The notes under the pieces: model-generated | Seen by the model: the letters and a program-made list of their open reading frames with translations, nothing else | What the model was told of the DNA's origin: nothing | Databases searched by the model: none | Part shown: positions 37,089-46,793 of the stretch, in pieces | Layout of the letters: every line of letters begins with the position of its first letter | Numbering within the stretch: the first letter of the stretch is position 1 | Position numbers and translations under genes: made by a program | Assembly (NCBI GenBank): GCA_902790405.1 | Contig: CADARW010000006.1 | Location: forward strand, 1-62,982 | DNA: 62,982 nucleotides | Direction of reading: 5' to 3' | Source of the DNA: an uncultured Bacteroidia bacterium | Lineage (GTDB): Bacteria > Bacteroidota > Bacteroidia > Bacteroidales > ML635J-15

Positions 37089-37535
37089 TTAATTCGGAGT
37101 ACACTTAGGCCATTTCCTTATATGGATGGGGGTTAACTCATAATTTGCATCAAACCAATGATTATTGAGTTTAAACCATTTTGATTTGTGTTTTTTTCTA
37201 AAGCTAGCCAGTTTGTATATAGTATCGTTCATATCAACATATGATTCTATGTACTTATTTTTTGTTGTTTTAATATATGACCTATTATCTATTTTTACAG
37301 AATCAATATCTCCGTATTTATGATTTTTGTAATCATATTTGCTGTATATTTTATAAGCAACAATAGTTCCATTTTTTATGAAATACTTTCTATAAAAAGG
37401 GAACATTAATAAGTCTTCATCTATTATTCCGCCTGCTGATTGACTTTGACTCTGCGTTTCCACCTCTTGCCCCACCATCATGCAAGGCAAAAGCAACGCA
37501 ATTGCAAAAATGAATATTTTTAGTAGCCCCTTCAT
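37089..37535 (-). CDS. hypothetical secreted protein, A+T-rich, Lys/Tyr/Asn-rich
   Basis: Trimmed to the ATG at 37535 (MKGLLKIFIFAIALLLPCMMVGQ signal peptide), 13 nt downstream of the recN stop. Its composition visibly differs from the neighbouring genes. Confidence 0.55.
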   Translation of the reverse strand: MKGLLKIFIFAIALLLPCMMVGQEVETQSQSQSAGGIIDEDLLMFPFYRKYFIKNGTIVAYKIYSKYDYKNHKYGDIDSVKIDNRSYIKTTKNKYIESYVDMNDTIYKLASFRKKHKSKWFKLNNHWFDANYELTPIHIRKWPKCTPN

Positions 37536-37548
37536 ATCAAAACAATTG

Positions 37549-39207
37549 TCAATTCTTCCCCAGCAGCACCTTTGCATTTTCCAATGCCTCGGGCGTTAGT
37601 TTCTCGCCACTCATCATCGAGGCGATTTCGGTAATGCGCTCATCGGTGGAAAGCTTCTTGATGCTGGAAATTGTGCGCTGGTCGTCGGTATGCTTGTAAA
37701 CCTTGAAATGCTCGCTGCCCATCGCTGCAACCTGCGGAAGATGCGTAATGGAAAGGACTTGTACATTTTGGGCAATCTTTTGCATGATTTTGCCCATTTT
37801 TGCTGCAATTTCGCCCGAAACGCCAGTGTCAATCTCGTCGAAAAGTATGGTAGGAATATTCATCGAATTTGCCATAAGCGACTTCAGTGCAAGCATCAGA
37901 CGCGACAACTCACCTCCCGAAGCAACCTTCTCGATTGGTTCCACCGCTACCGCCTTGTTGGCACTGAAAAGGAAGGAAATATTGTCGATGCCGTTTGCCG
38001 AAACTTCCGTGATTTCGTTGCCAATCTCAAACACTCCGTGCGGCATTCCCAAGTCGTGAAGCATAGAGTTTATGTATTCCTGCGTCTTCTTGAACGAAGC
38101 CGAACGCTTCTTGCTTAGATTCTCGGCAGCGGCTTTCACTTCCTTCGCCTTGGCTGAATATTGCTTCTCGAGGTCGGCGATTTCGTCCTCAAGGTTTCCG
38201 CTGTTGTCAACATAGCCCCTGTACTCCTCGTACTTCTGCTTGAGTTCGGCTATGTCGGTAGCACGGTGCTTTGCCAATAGGCTCATCAGCAAGTCGATGC
38301 GCTCGTTGGTAAGTTGCAATTGCTGCGGGTTTACTTCCACCTGCGACAACTGCTGCGAAATTGTATCGTTGATGTCGGAAAGTTCTATTATAGAGGATTC
38401 AAGACGCTGTTCAAGTTCCTGTGCCGGCTTGTAGTTCTTGCCGATTTTTGCAAGGTTGCTACGCATCTGTTTCAGCAAGGCGGAAGCAGAATATTCGCCA
38501 CCATCGTACAGGTTGGTAGTCTCGTACAAGGTCGATTTTATTTCCTCGGCATTTTCGAGCATCGAGGCGCGAGCTTCAAGTTCTTCAAGCTCATCGTCGG
38601 ACGAAAGTTTTGCATTTTCAATCTCCAATGCCTGATACCTATAATAATCTAAGTCCTTCTGAGCATTTGCTAGCGCGTCTTTCTTGCTTTTTAGTAATTG
38701 CGCAATCGACTGGTATTCAGCATATTTCTGCTTGTATTCCTCGAAAAGTGCCAATGTTCCTGCCGCTGAATCGACAATGCGCAAACGGTAGGGCAGGGTA
38801 GTGAGCGAAAGGTTTTCGTGCTGTGAGTGCAAGTCGAGAAAATTGTCGGTAAGAGCCTTTAGTACAGCCAATGTTACCGGCATATCGTTCACGAAAGCCC
38901 TCGACTTGCCTTCGGGCATAATTTCGCGCCTAACAATTGTTTGGTCGGAATAGTCAACCTCGTTTTCGGCAAACAAGTCTTTCAATCCGAGGTTTTTAAT
39001 GTCGAAAGTGGCTTCTATGACACATTTCTTGTCCTTAAAGAGAAGCACGTCGGTGTCGGCGCGTTTGCCCAGAAGTAGCGAAATTGCAGCTATAATCATT
39101 GATTTGCCCGAACCAGTCTCGCCAGTAATAACGGAAAAACCCGAATTGAAGTCAATGTCGAGTTTTTCAATTAGAATATAATTTCTGACTGAAAGGTTCC
39201 TAATCAT
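37549..39207 (-). CDS. recN: DNA repair protein RecN
   Basis: 552 aa. Walker A GETGSGKS, long coiled coil, signature ASGGELSRLMLALK, Walker B ILFDEIDTG. Confidence 0.93.
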   Translation of the reverse strand: MIRNLSVRNYILIEKLDIDFNSGFSVITGETGSGKSMIIAAISLLLGKRADTDVLLFKDKKCVIEATFDIKNLGLKDLFAENEVDYSDQTIVRREIMPEGKSRAFVNDMPVTLAVLKALTDNFLDLHSQHENLSLTTLPYRLRIVDSAAGTLALFEEYKQKYAEYQSIAQLLKSKKDALANAQKDLDYYRYQALEIENAKLSSDDELEELEARASMLENAEEIKSTLYETTNLYDGGEYSASALLKQMRSNLAKIGKNYKPAQELEQRLESSIIELSDINDTISQQLSQVEVNPQQLQLTNERIDLLMSLLAKHRATDIAELKQKYEEYRGYVDNSGNLEDEIADLEKQYSAKAKEVKAAAENLSKKRSASFKKTQEYINSMLHDLGMPHGVFEIGNEITEVSANGIDNISFLFSANKAVAVEPIEKVASGGELSRLMLALKSLMANSMNIPTILFDEIDTGVSGEIAAKMGKIMQKIAQNVQVLSITHLPQVAAMGSEHFKVYKHTDDQRTISSIKKLSTDERITEIASMMSGEKLTPEALENAKVLLGKN

Positions 39208-40109
39208 TCGTCCGAACGTGTTATTTTGTCGTACTTGCTTGAGTTTGCGGCGTCGATTTCCTTCATAAGGTTGGCAACGCGCGCCTTCTCGTCGGAGAAG
39301 CCGTCGGAGAAAATATTTATTATTTCGTCGCTCTTGACGGTGCTAACAATCGACATCAGGAACGAACCTGGACGACGGCGGTGCATCGACCTGAGGCTTT
39401 CGAGCGATTCTTCGACCGATGCGCGAGCATCGCTAGGCTTGTCGGCAAGACGGTCGAGACCTTGGCGATGGTAGGTGTACATAAAGTCGCGGAATCCCGA
39501 ATACTGGTCGTTGAGAAGATTCTCGGTGAGCCAGTAGCGGTTCTTGGTGCTTTCGTACTGTTTCCAGCCGGGTTCAACTGCGCTTTGTGCGTTCTGCACA
39601 ATCTTTTCTGCCAGCTGGTAGTATTGTGTGCCAGCCTGTGAACCGAAGCTGTCGTAGTCGAGGCCTAGCATTATGTAGCAGTAGTATGCAATTACCGATG
39701 CAAGGTTGCTCGAGAAAATGTTCGGGTTGAACTCTATGGGTTCCATTTCGACGTATTTGAACTGGAACTTGTCGTCGAGGTAGTTGAAAAGCGGCGACAT
39801 GTACGAAGTGCCGTAAACTGGTCGCGACGATGTAACCTGTATCTTGCCGGAATACTCGTCGGAAGCGACTTCCTTTTCAACGGTGATGGATATGTTGCAC
39901 TCTATGCGCTCATTCTTCGAGAATACGTTGTTGGTCCATTTGGTATTGTTGATGAACTCGTACAAGTCTTTGCGCATGCTCTGGAAAATCTTCTCGTAGT
40001 TTGTCCCCTGAAGCTGGGAATGTGAAATTTGGATTTGGCATTCAAATTCCTGCGCCATGACCGAGGTGCATATCATCAATACGAGGATTATAGGAAGTAA
40101 TCTTTTCAT
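39204..40109 (-). CDS. DUF4835 family protein (conserved coaBC-X-recN neighbourhood in Bacteroidota)
   Basis: 301 aa with a signal peptide. ATGA overlap with the recN start. The family name is recalled from the conserved gene context. Confidence 0.55.
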   Translation of the reverse strand: MKRLLPIILVLMICTSVMAQEFECQIQISHSQLQGTNYEKIFQSMRKDLYEFINNTKWTNNVFSKNERIECNISITVEKEVASDEYSGKIQVTSSRPVYGTSYMSPLFNYLDDKFQFKYVEMEPIEFNPNIFSSNLASVIAYYCYIMLGLDYDSFGSQAGTQYYQLAEKIVQNAQSAVEPGWKQYESTKNRYWLTENLLNDQYSGFRDFMYTYHRQGLDRLADKPSDARASVEESLESLRSMHRRRPGSFLMSIVSTVKSDEIINIFSDGFSDEKARVANLMKEIDAANSSKYDKITRSDE

Positions 40110-40111
40110 AA

Positions 40112-41311
40112 TTAGGATTTTAAAAGGTTTTCGATCTCGTTTACAATATCCTTTGCAACCAAAACCTTCGGTTTAAGTTCAAAGTTTTTCACTTCCTTAT
40201 TCCTGTTTATAATAGTTATTTTGTTGGTGTCGTGGTTGAATCCAGCTCCCTTGTCGTTCATCGAGTTTAGTACGATGAAGTCAAAATTCTTGCGTTCGAG
40301 CTTGCCAATGGCGTTTTCGAGTTCGTTTTCCTTTTCGAGTGCGAAACCGACCAAAACACGGTCGCCCTTTTGTTTTCCAAGGCTTGCGGCTATGTCGTCG
40401 GTAGGCTTGAGCGTGATTTCGAGGTTGTTGTCCTTGCGCTTGATTTTAGTGTCCGACACGTTTTGCGGAGTGAAGTCGGCTACTGCGGCCGAAAGCACGG
40501 CGGCGTTGCATTGCGGAAATTCCTGATTGCAAGCCTCGTACATTTCGCGTGCTGAGTTAACCTTAACCAACTTTATGTTGCAGTTATGGACATTTAGTGA
40601 TGTCGGTCCCGATACCAGCACAACCTCTGCGCCACGATTTGCACATTCTTCGGCTATGGCGTAGCCCATCTTTCCCGACGAGTAGTTGCCGATAAAGCGC
40701 ACTGCATCAATCTTCTCGTAGGTTGGACCAGCCGTCACCATTACCTTCTTTCCCGTCAGCGACATTTGTCCGTTGAAGAAAGCGTCGATGTTTTCGACAA
40801 TGCGTTCCGGAGCTGCCAGACGACCTTTGCCGACAAGTCCGCTTGCCAGTTCGCCGTCCTCGGCATCAATGAAATGCACGCCGTACGACTTCAGCGTCTC
40901 GATGTTTTTCTGCACTGCAGGATGGGCAAACATGTCCAAGTCCATTGCCGGAGCAACGAAAACCGGGCATTTTGCCGAAAGGTAGGAGGTTAACAGCAGG
41001 TTGTCGGCTATTCCGTTTGCCATCTTGCCGATAGTGTTGGCTGTAGCGGGAGCGATTAGGTATGCATCTGCCCACATTCCAAGGCTCACGTGTGAATTCC
41101 ACTCACCGTTTTCGGGATTGAAGAAATCGACGTAGATAGGATTCTTGGCAAGAGTTGCAAGAGTCAGCGGAGTAATAAACTGCTTTGCCAGCGGAGTCAT
41201 CACAATCTTGACTTCGGCGCCCTGCGTAACGAGCAGTCGGACGATGTTCGCAGCCTTGTAGGCAGCGATACTTCCTGTAACGCCAAGCAATATGTGTTTT
41301 CCGCGTAGCAT
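40112..41311 (-). CDS. coaBC: bifunctional phosphopantothenoylcysteine decarboxylase / phosphopantothenate-cysteine ligase
   Basis: 399 aa. The flavoprotein N-terminus is ILLGVTGSIAAYKA. The CoaB half has ITAGPTYEKIDAVRFIGNYSSGKMG. Confidence 0.95.
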   Translation of the reverse strand: MLRGKHILLGVTGSIAAYKAANIVRLLVTQGAEVKIVMTPLAKQFITPLTLATLAKNPIYVDFFNPENGEWNSHVSLGMWADAYLIAPATANTIGKMANGIADNLLLTSYLSAKCPVFVAPAMDLDMFAHPAVQKNIETLKSYGVHFIDAEDGELASGLVGKGRLAAPERIVENIDAFFNGQMSLTGKKVMVTAGPTYEKIDAVRFIGNYSSGKMGYAIAEECANRGAEVVLVSGPTSLNVHNCNIKLVKVNSAREMYEACNQEFPQCNAAVLSAAVADFTPQNVSDTKIKRKDNNLEITLKPTDDIAASLGKQKGDRVLVGFALEKENELENAIGKLERKNFDFIVLNSMNDKGAGFNHDTNKITIINRNKEVKNFELKPKVLVAKDIVNEIENLLKS

Positions 41312-41315
41312 CGGT

Positions 41316-41714
41316 TTATTCCTGAGTTTCTTCCTGTGGTTCTTCTACGGCAGCAACTGGAGCTGCTGGTTCTTCTTCGGTCTCAACCTTCTTGATGTTG
41401 ATGTCCTGGTTGGTGTAGTAAACGTTGTCGTTCATGAATTCCTCGATGGCGATGTTTGTCGGCTTCGGCAACTTTTCGTAATACTTCGACACCTCAATTT
41501 GTTCGCGGTTCTCGTGAATTTCTTCCAGATTGTCGTTCAAGGTTGCGAATTCTTCAAGTTTCTTGTAGAGTTCCTTTCTGATGTCGGCATTAACCTGATC
41601 GGCCATCTTCGAGCAGATGACTACCGATTCGTAAACGTTTCCGGTCTTGTCGGCCATTTCAACCACGTCGCGTGTGATGCAATTTGTTGGTGCTTTAGTC
41701 TTTTTGTAATCCAT
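41316..41714 (-). CDS. rpoZ: DNA-directed RNA polymerase subunit omega (Bacteroidota long form)
   Basis: 132 aa. The N-terminus NVYESVVICSKMADQV is Rpb6/omega-like and the tail is acidic. The conserved position between bamD and coaBC supports the call. Confidence 0.7.
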   Translation of the reverse strand: MDYKKTKAPTNCITRDVVEMADKTGNVYESVVICSKMADQVNADIRKELYKKLEEFATLNDNLEEIHENREQIEVSKYYEKLPKPTNIAIEEFMNDNVYYTNQDINIKKVETEEEPAAPVAAVEEPQEETQE

Positions 41715-42516
41715 TTTTACTTTCTATATAATTATGTGAGTTTGTAAAATATCTTTCAGCTTCCTTTAGTTTCTTTGAGTTAGGGAATTTGTCCAAGAAG
41801 GCATAGTAGGCCTGTACGGTATTCTTGTGGCGTTCGAGCTTTTTACTTTCGACGCTTTTTGTCGCCAGTATGTGCGAAGCCTTGACCATGGTGAACATTA
41901 TTTCTTCACGGTACGATGTAGTAGGATAGTCGTAAAGAACGTTCTTCAGGGCAACCAGTGCGGCCTTGTAGTCGCTAATCTTGAAATATAGCATGGCATT
42001 GTTGTATGCCTTTGTCTCGAGTTTGAAGTTGAGTTCGTCGATACACTTTTGGGCCTGCTCGAGGTATTTCGACTCGGGATATTTATTGATGAACTCCTGC
42101 ATATCGTTGAGTGCTAACTCTGTGTATGTCTGCTCTAGAGAAACGCTTGGAGAGATGCAGTAGTGGCAGTATGCCGACATGTATTCGGCCTCTTCGGTGC
42201 GTTCTGTGTTTGAGTAGAGGCGTGCATATTCCTTGAACAGATAGCCTGCTAGCGAGTATTCCTTCTGCTGGTAGTTGCAGTATGCATTGTAGAAGCAGAG
42301 GGTCTCGTATTTGTCGGTTCCCTTGTACACGGCTTTTATGTCTTCGATGAGTCCGAGAGCCTTATAATAGTCCTCGGCTTCGTAATATTCGAAGACCTTG
42401 CGATATTTCATGTCGCTGTCGGGGCTTTTCATTATCTTGGAATATTCGCTACAAGATACTGAAAATAAAGCGATTAAGCTTACAAAAAGATAATATGCAC
42501 CTTTCCAATTAAACAT
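41695..42516 (-). CDS. bamD: outer membrane protein assembly factor BamD (TPR lipoprotein)
   Basis: 273 aa. Lipobox LFSVSC, TPR-like repeats (YYKALGLIE.., YKAALVALKNVLYDYP). It overlaps the rpoZ start by 20 nt. Confidence 0.8.
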   Translation of the reverse strand: MFNWKGAYYLFVSLIALFSVSCSEYSKIMKSPDSDMKYRKVFEYYEAEDYYKALGLIEDIKAVYKGTDKYETLCFYNAYCNYQQKEYSLAGYLFKEYARLYSNTERTEEAEYMSAYCHYCISPSVSLEQTYTELALNDMQEFINKYPESKYLEQAQKCIDELNFKLETKAYNNAMLYFKISDYKAALVALKNVLYDYPTTSYREEIMFTMVKASHILATKSVESKKLERHKNTVQAYYAFLDKFPNSKKLKEAERYFTNSHNYIESKNGLQKD

Positions 42517-42683
42517 CTTGCAAAGATAATTAAAATAGTTGAATCAAAACATTTAATTTTTTTATAAAAAATCTTAGTACGATAACGGAGATTATTATGA
42601 TTTATTGCAAGGTAGAGACATTCTAAAATCGTCAATCTAAAATCGTAAATATTTTTGTATTTTTACGGCAAAATTTTGCACTG

Positions 42684-43334
42684 ATGATTGAAGTACAAAA
42701 CATAACCAAATCGTATGGCTCGTTGCGCGTGTTGAAGGGAATTGACCTGCACATCGGAAAGTCGGAGATTGTGTCGATACTAGGTGCCAGCGGGGCTGGG
42801 AAGACCACCTTACTGCAGATTGTCGGCACCTTGCTGAAGCCGGATTCGGGGAAGGTGCTAATCGACGGCATCGATACCTTTGCGCTCGGCGAAAAGAAAC
42901 TTTCGGCGTTCCGCAATTCGCACATTGGATTTGTGTTCCAGTTCCACCAGCTGCTTCCCGAATTTACAGCCCTCGAGAATGTCTGCATACCGGCCTTTAT
43001 TGGCGGAAAAAGCAAGAAGGATACCCGTGCACGTGCACTCGAACTGCTCGAGGCTCTCAACGTTCGTGAACGCAGCGAACACAAGCCGTCGGAATTGTCG
43101 GGTGGCGAAAAACAGCGTGTGGCCATTGCCCGTGCATTGATAAACAACCCATCGGTGGTGCTTGCCGACGAGCCATCGGGAAACCTCGACTCGCAGAATG
43201 CCCGCGATTTGTACAAGATTATTTTCGACCTGCGCGAAAATTTCAAGCAGACATTTGTAATAGTAACGCACAACAAGGAGCATGCACGTCTTACCGACCG
43301 TATGTTCACCATTTCGGACGGGGAGATACGCTGA
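42684..43334 (+). CDS. ABC transporter ATP-binding protein, LolD/FtsE-like
   Basis: 216 aa. Walker [10 protein letters not shown], signature [15 protein letters not shown], Walker [13 protein letters not shown]. Confidence 0.85.
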   Translation: MIEVQNITKSYGSLRVLKGIDLHIGKSEIVSILGASGAGKTTLLQIVGTLLKPDSGKVLIDGIDTFALGEKKLSAFRNSHIGFVFQFHQLLPEFTALENVCIPAFIGGKSKKDTRARALELLEALNVRERSEHKPSELSGGEKQRVAIARALINNPSVVLADEPSGNLDSQNARDLYKIIFDLRENFKQTFVIVTHNKEHARLTDRMFTISDGEIR

Positions 43335-44050
43335 TGAGATTTTTTTACGACAATACAATTTCGGGTCAGTTCCACACTCTCAGTGAGGAGGAGTCGAACC
43401 ATTGTGCGCGTGTATTACGTCTAAAGCCAGGCGACGAAATCTTCATTGCCGACGGACAAGGAAATTTGCACCGTTCGCAGATTGAAACCATTGACCATAA
43501 ACGCACTACGGTACAGGTAGTGGAAACAATAGCTGAATACAACAAGCTGCCGTATCGCTTGCACATCGCCATTGCGCCGACCAAAAACATGGACCGCATG
43601 GAATGGTTTCTCGAGAAGGCTACCGAAATAGGAATTTCGGAGATTACGCCAATAATCTGTCACAATTCGGAACGCAAGGTTGTGAAGACTGACCGCATGA
43701 ACCGCATAGTCGAGGCAGCCATGAAGCAGTCGTACAAGGCTTATCATCCGATAGTTAACGAGGCTGTGAAGTTTTCCGATTTTGTCAAAAACGACTGCTC
43801 GGAGCAGAAATTTGTAGCCCATTGCGAGGACGATGGCAAGCGCATTTATCTTGCCGATGTGGTAAAGCCTAAAACGTCGGTTACAGTGCTCATTGGTCCC
43901 GAGGGTGATTTTTCGCACGACGAAATCGAGGCGGCATTGCAAAAATATGTTCCAGTAACGTTGGGTAATAGCCGTCTGCGCACAGAAACCGCTGCATTGG
44001 TGGCTTGCGACATTGTGTCGATTGTAAATCAAATGACAATGGATAATTGA
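43334..44050 (+). CDS. rsmE: 16S rRNA (uracil1498-N3)-methyltransferase
   Basis: 238 aa. N-terminal PUA-like module (HCARVLRLKPGDEI) and C-terminal SPOUT knot (LIGPEGDFSHDEI..LGNSRLRTETAAL). ATGA overlap with the upstream gene. Confidence 0.88.
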   Translation: MRFFYDNTISGQFHTLSEEESNHCARVLRLKPGDEIFIADGQGNLHRSQIETIDHKRTTVQVVETIAEYNKLPYRLHIAIAPTKNMDRMEWFLEKATEIGISEITPIICHNSERKVVKTDRMNRIVEAAMKQSYKAYHPIVNEAVKFSDFVKNDCSEQKFVAHCEDDGKRIYLADVVKPKTSVTVLIGPEGDFSHDEIEAALQKYVPVTLGNSRLRTETAALVACDIVSIVNQMTMDN

Positions 44051-44153
44051 CAATTAACAATTGATAATGGACAATCGAATTATCAAATCATCGAACCCTT
44101 GAATTATCAAATCGTAAATAATATTGTACTTTTGCAAAAAAATAATTCGAATT

Positions 44154-44765
44154 ATGTTTTCAGGAATAGTAGAAGAAACCGCAAAATTGGTCAGAATCGA
44201 GAAGGAACAGAGTAACATTCATTTTTATTTTACCTGCTCGTTTGGCGACCAGCTTCGCATCGACCAGAGCGTTGCACACAACGGCGTATGCCTTACCGTA
44301 GTTGAAATCGACAAGCCTACCAAGACCTACAAGGTTACGGCGATGAAGGAAACCCTTGACAAGTCGAACCTCGGACTGCTCAATATCGGCGATGAGGTAA
44401 ACATCGAGCGTAGCATGACCATGGACAAGCTCCTCGACGGCCACATGGTGCAGGGACACGTTGACCAGACGGCCAAGTGCATCGACGTTACCGAAAACGG
44501 TGGCAGCTGGTATTATACCTTCGAGTACGACAAGTCGAAAGGCAATATAACTGTCGAAAAAGGTTCGGTATCGGTAAACGGTGTAAGCCTCACAGTCGTA
44601 AACTCGAAGGCAAACACATTCTCGGTGTCGATAATCCCCTATACATATCAAGTTACTAACTTTCATTGCTTTAAGGTAGGAACTATTGTGAACCTCGAGT
44701 TCGACATAATCGGAAAGTACATACAGAAGATTATGGCCGGTTACCTTGAAAACCTCGGTAAATAA
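44154..44765 (+). CDS. ribE: riboflavin synthase
   Basis: Trimmed to MFSGIVEE, the canonical start. The duplicated lumazine-binding barrel is present (SVAHNGVCLTV / SVSVNGVSLTV). A TActTTTG box lies at about 44128. Confidence 0.92.
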   Translation: MFSGIVEETAKLVRIEKEQSNIHFYFTCSFGDQLRIDQSVAHNGVCLTVVEIDKPTKTYKVTAMKETLDKSNLGLLNIGDEVNIERSMTMDKLLDGHMVQGHVDQTAKCIDVTENGGSWYYTFEYDKSKGNITVEKGSVSVNGVSLTVVNSKANTFSVSIIPYTYQVTNFHCFKVGTIVNLEFDIIGKYIQKIMAGYLENLGK

Positions 44766-44768
44766 CAA

Positions 44769-46079
44769 GTGTCGTTGCTTGCCAAATACCTAACCAGTGT
44801 CAGGGCGCTGCAGTTCTTGCAGTTGTTCCGCTTTGTCGCGCTGTTGCTCATAGGCATTGTGTTGTCGAAGACAGGCATAGGTATTAGCCAGATAGGAACC
44901 TACGAGACATTTCTGCTTATTTCCGGGGCATCGTGCTTCTTCTGGACAGGAGGAATGCTACAGACAATGCTGTCGCTCAAGCAAGAAAATAGTAACAGGA
45001 AATCGGAAGCTTATTTTAATATCTTCCTTATCTTCATGGTTTTAGCGGTGATTACTGCGCTTGGCGTTTTTCTGCTCCAGTCGCAGATTGCTTGTTTTGT
45101 CGGTTTCAGCGGGGGACGCATACCGTACTTAAAAATACTTTTGGCATATATAGTACTGTCGTGTCCCGCCAATTTGGTAGAATACATATACCTTATCGAA
45201 AATAGGCCTTGCAGGATAGCCGTATATGGAGCCATAGTGTTCACGTTGCAGATTCTGGCGGTTACAATTCCTGTAATTTATACCGACGACCTTGGCTATG
45301 GTCTGTACGGACTTCTGCTGGTGACGGCAATAAAATTTGCCTGGCTTGTAATAGCGGTTTTAAGATTCTCGCGATTAAAAATATCGGGGAAGTACATTGG
45401 AATATTTTTGAGATTATCTGCGCCTTTTGTACTAAGTGTACTGATTGTAAAAGGAATACAATATGCTGATAGTTTCCTTGTTGCCTATAAGTTCGATGAA
45501 AGCACTTACGCCCAGTTTCGCTATGGAGCAAAAGAATTTCCGCTGATACTTTTGCCAGCAGTAGCATTGTCGGAAGCCTTTTCGGCACGCATAGCGAACA
45601 GCAGGGACATAGGTGAGGTAATCGAGAACCTCAAGCGTGAAAGCAAGCATATTATGCACATTTGCATACCTGTTGCAATGGTCGCCATAATTACAAGCAA
45701 ATTCTTGTATCCGTTGGTTTTCAACGAAGATTTCTACGAAAGCGCATTTATATTTAACATCTATTGCTTTGCTGCCATTTTCAGGTTCATAGTGCCCGAA
45801 AGCATACTAGTAGGCAAGAGGCAAAGCCGTCCTATACTTGCGGCAGCATCGATAAACATATTGGTCAACATTGTGCTGGGACTAGTGCTTATGAATTTCA
45901 TTGGAATTGTAGGCATTGCCATAGCTTTTCTTGTTGGCAACATTGTCGAAAAGGTTGTGCTTGTATCTGTAGTCAAGTCGCTCTACGGCATAAGGCCAAG
46001 CCAATATCTCGATACAAAAATATTCATGTACTACACAATCCTTTTGGCTATCTGCCTCGCTGTAAGCATTGCAATATAA
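44769..46079 (+). CDS. polysaccharide biosynthesis / oligosaccharide flippase (Wzx/MOP superfamily) membrane protein
   Basis: 436 aa with about 12 predicted hydrophobic helices. GTG start 4 nt after the ribE stop. The family call rests on topology and general similarity only. Confidence 0.55.
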   Translation: MSLLAKYLTSVRALQFLQLFRFVALLLIGIVLSKTGIGISQIGTYETFLLISGASCFFWTGGMLQTMLSLKQENSNRKSEAYFNIFLIFMVLAVITALGVFLLQSQIACFVGFSGGRIPYLKILLAYIVLSCPANLVEYIYLIENRPCRIAVYGAIVFTLQILAVTIPVIYTDDLGYGLYGLLLVTAIKFAWLVIAVLRFSRLKISGKYIGIFLRLSAPFVLSVLIVKGIQYADSFLVAYKFDESTYAQFRYGAKEFPLILLPAVALSEAFSARIANSRDIGEVIENLKRESKHIMHICIPVAMVAIITSKFLYPLVFNEDFYESAFIFNIYCFAAIFRFIVPESILVGKRQSRPILAAASINILVNIVLGLVLMNFIGIVGIAIAFLVGNIVEKVVLVSVVKSLYGIRPSQYLDTKIFMYYTILLAICLAVSIAI

Positions 46080-46085
46080 TGATAT

Positions 46086-46113
46086 AAAAAAAGGCGCATC
46101 TGCGCCTTTTTAT
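46086..46113. terminator. bidirectional intrinsic terminator
   Basis: AAGGCGCA-TC-TGCGCCTT, flanked by A7 and T5, between convergent genes. Confidence 0.8.
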
Positions 46114-46131
46114 TGTTGATACTAAAATTAC

Positions 46132-46614
46132 TTATTTCCTTATTATTGGAGCCTCGTAAAGGTTCAGTTCTTTCACGACTGTGTTGTAGTCTGATTCCCT
46201 GAGTTCTTCAACCGACTTCGAAACAACTGCGATATTCGGAATCTTAATAATTCTGTATTTCTTCGAGAAATTATTTGCCCATGTATAGCCATCTCCTGCA
46301 TCAGCAGTGAATGCAAATATACCATTATCGGTATATGCATACTCGTATGATTCTGTGCCGTTGAGCAATGGGAGTGGCATCCACATCTCTTCTCCAGATG
46401 AATTGCCAATGTAAATGTACGCGATAATAGCATCTCTAGAGCTGAAATATGAACTGAGCTCGTTTGTGGCTTTTGTTGCGAGCTGATTGCCTGCTGCATT
46501 ATCAAAGGTAATGGTGATTTCGTGAATACTGCTTTGAGTAACCGTTTTTGTACATCCTGAAGCAAATACCAATGCAATCATAACGCCAATAACAAAAAAT
46601 AAACTTCTTTTCAT
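46132..46614 (-). CDS. hypothetical lipoprotein
   Basis: Trimmed to the ATG at 46614 (MKRSLFFVIGVMIALVFASGC lipobox). No recognisable family. Confidence 0.6.
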   Translation of the reverse strand: MKRSLFFVIGVMIALVFASGCTKTVTQSSIHEITITFDNAAGNQLATKATNELSSYFSSRDAIIAYIYIGNSSGEEMWMPLPLLNGTESYEYAYTDNGIFAFTADAGDGYTWANNFSKKYRIIKIPNIAVVSKSVEELRESDYNTVVKELNLYEAPIIRK

Positions 46615-46793
46615 TTTACATTGTGCCGAGTTATATACCATGCGGCCCCGTCGGTTTTAGATTAATAATTTTTTTGACGGAGCAAATGTGGCTTATTTGC
46701 ATGAATGTAATGTGGAGCTTGTAAACAGATGCTTCAAAAACGATATCTGATACTAGTATTTTGTAATTTGCAATTTAACGGGTATGTAAAATG

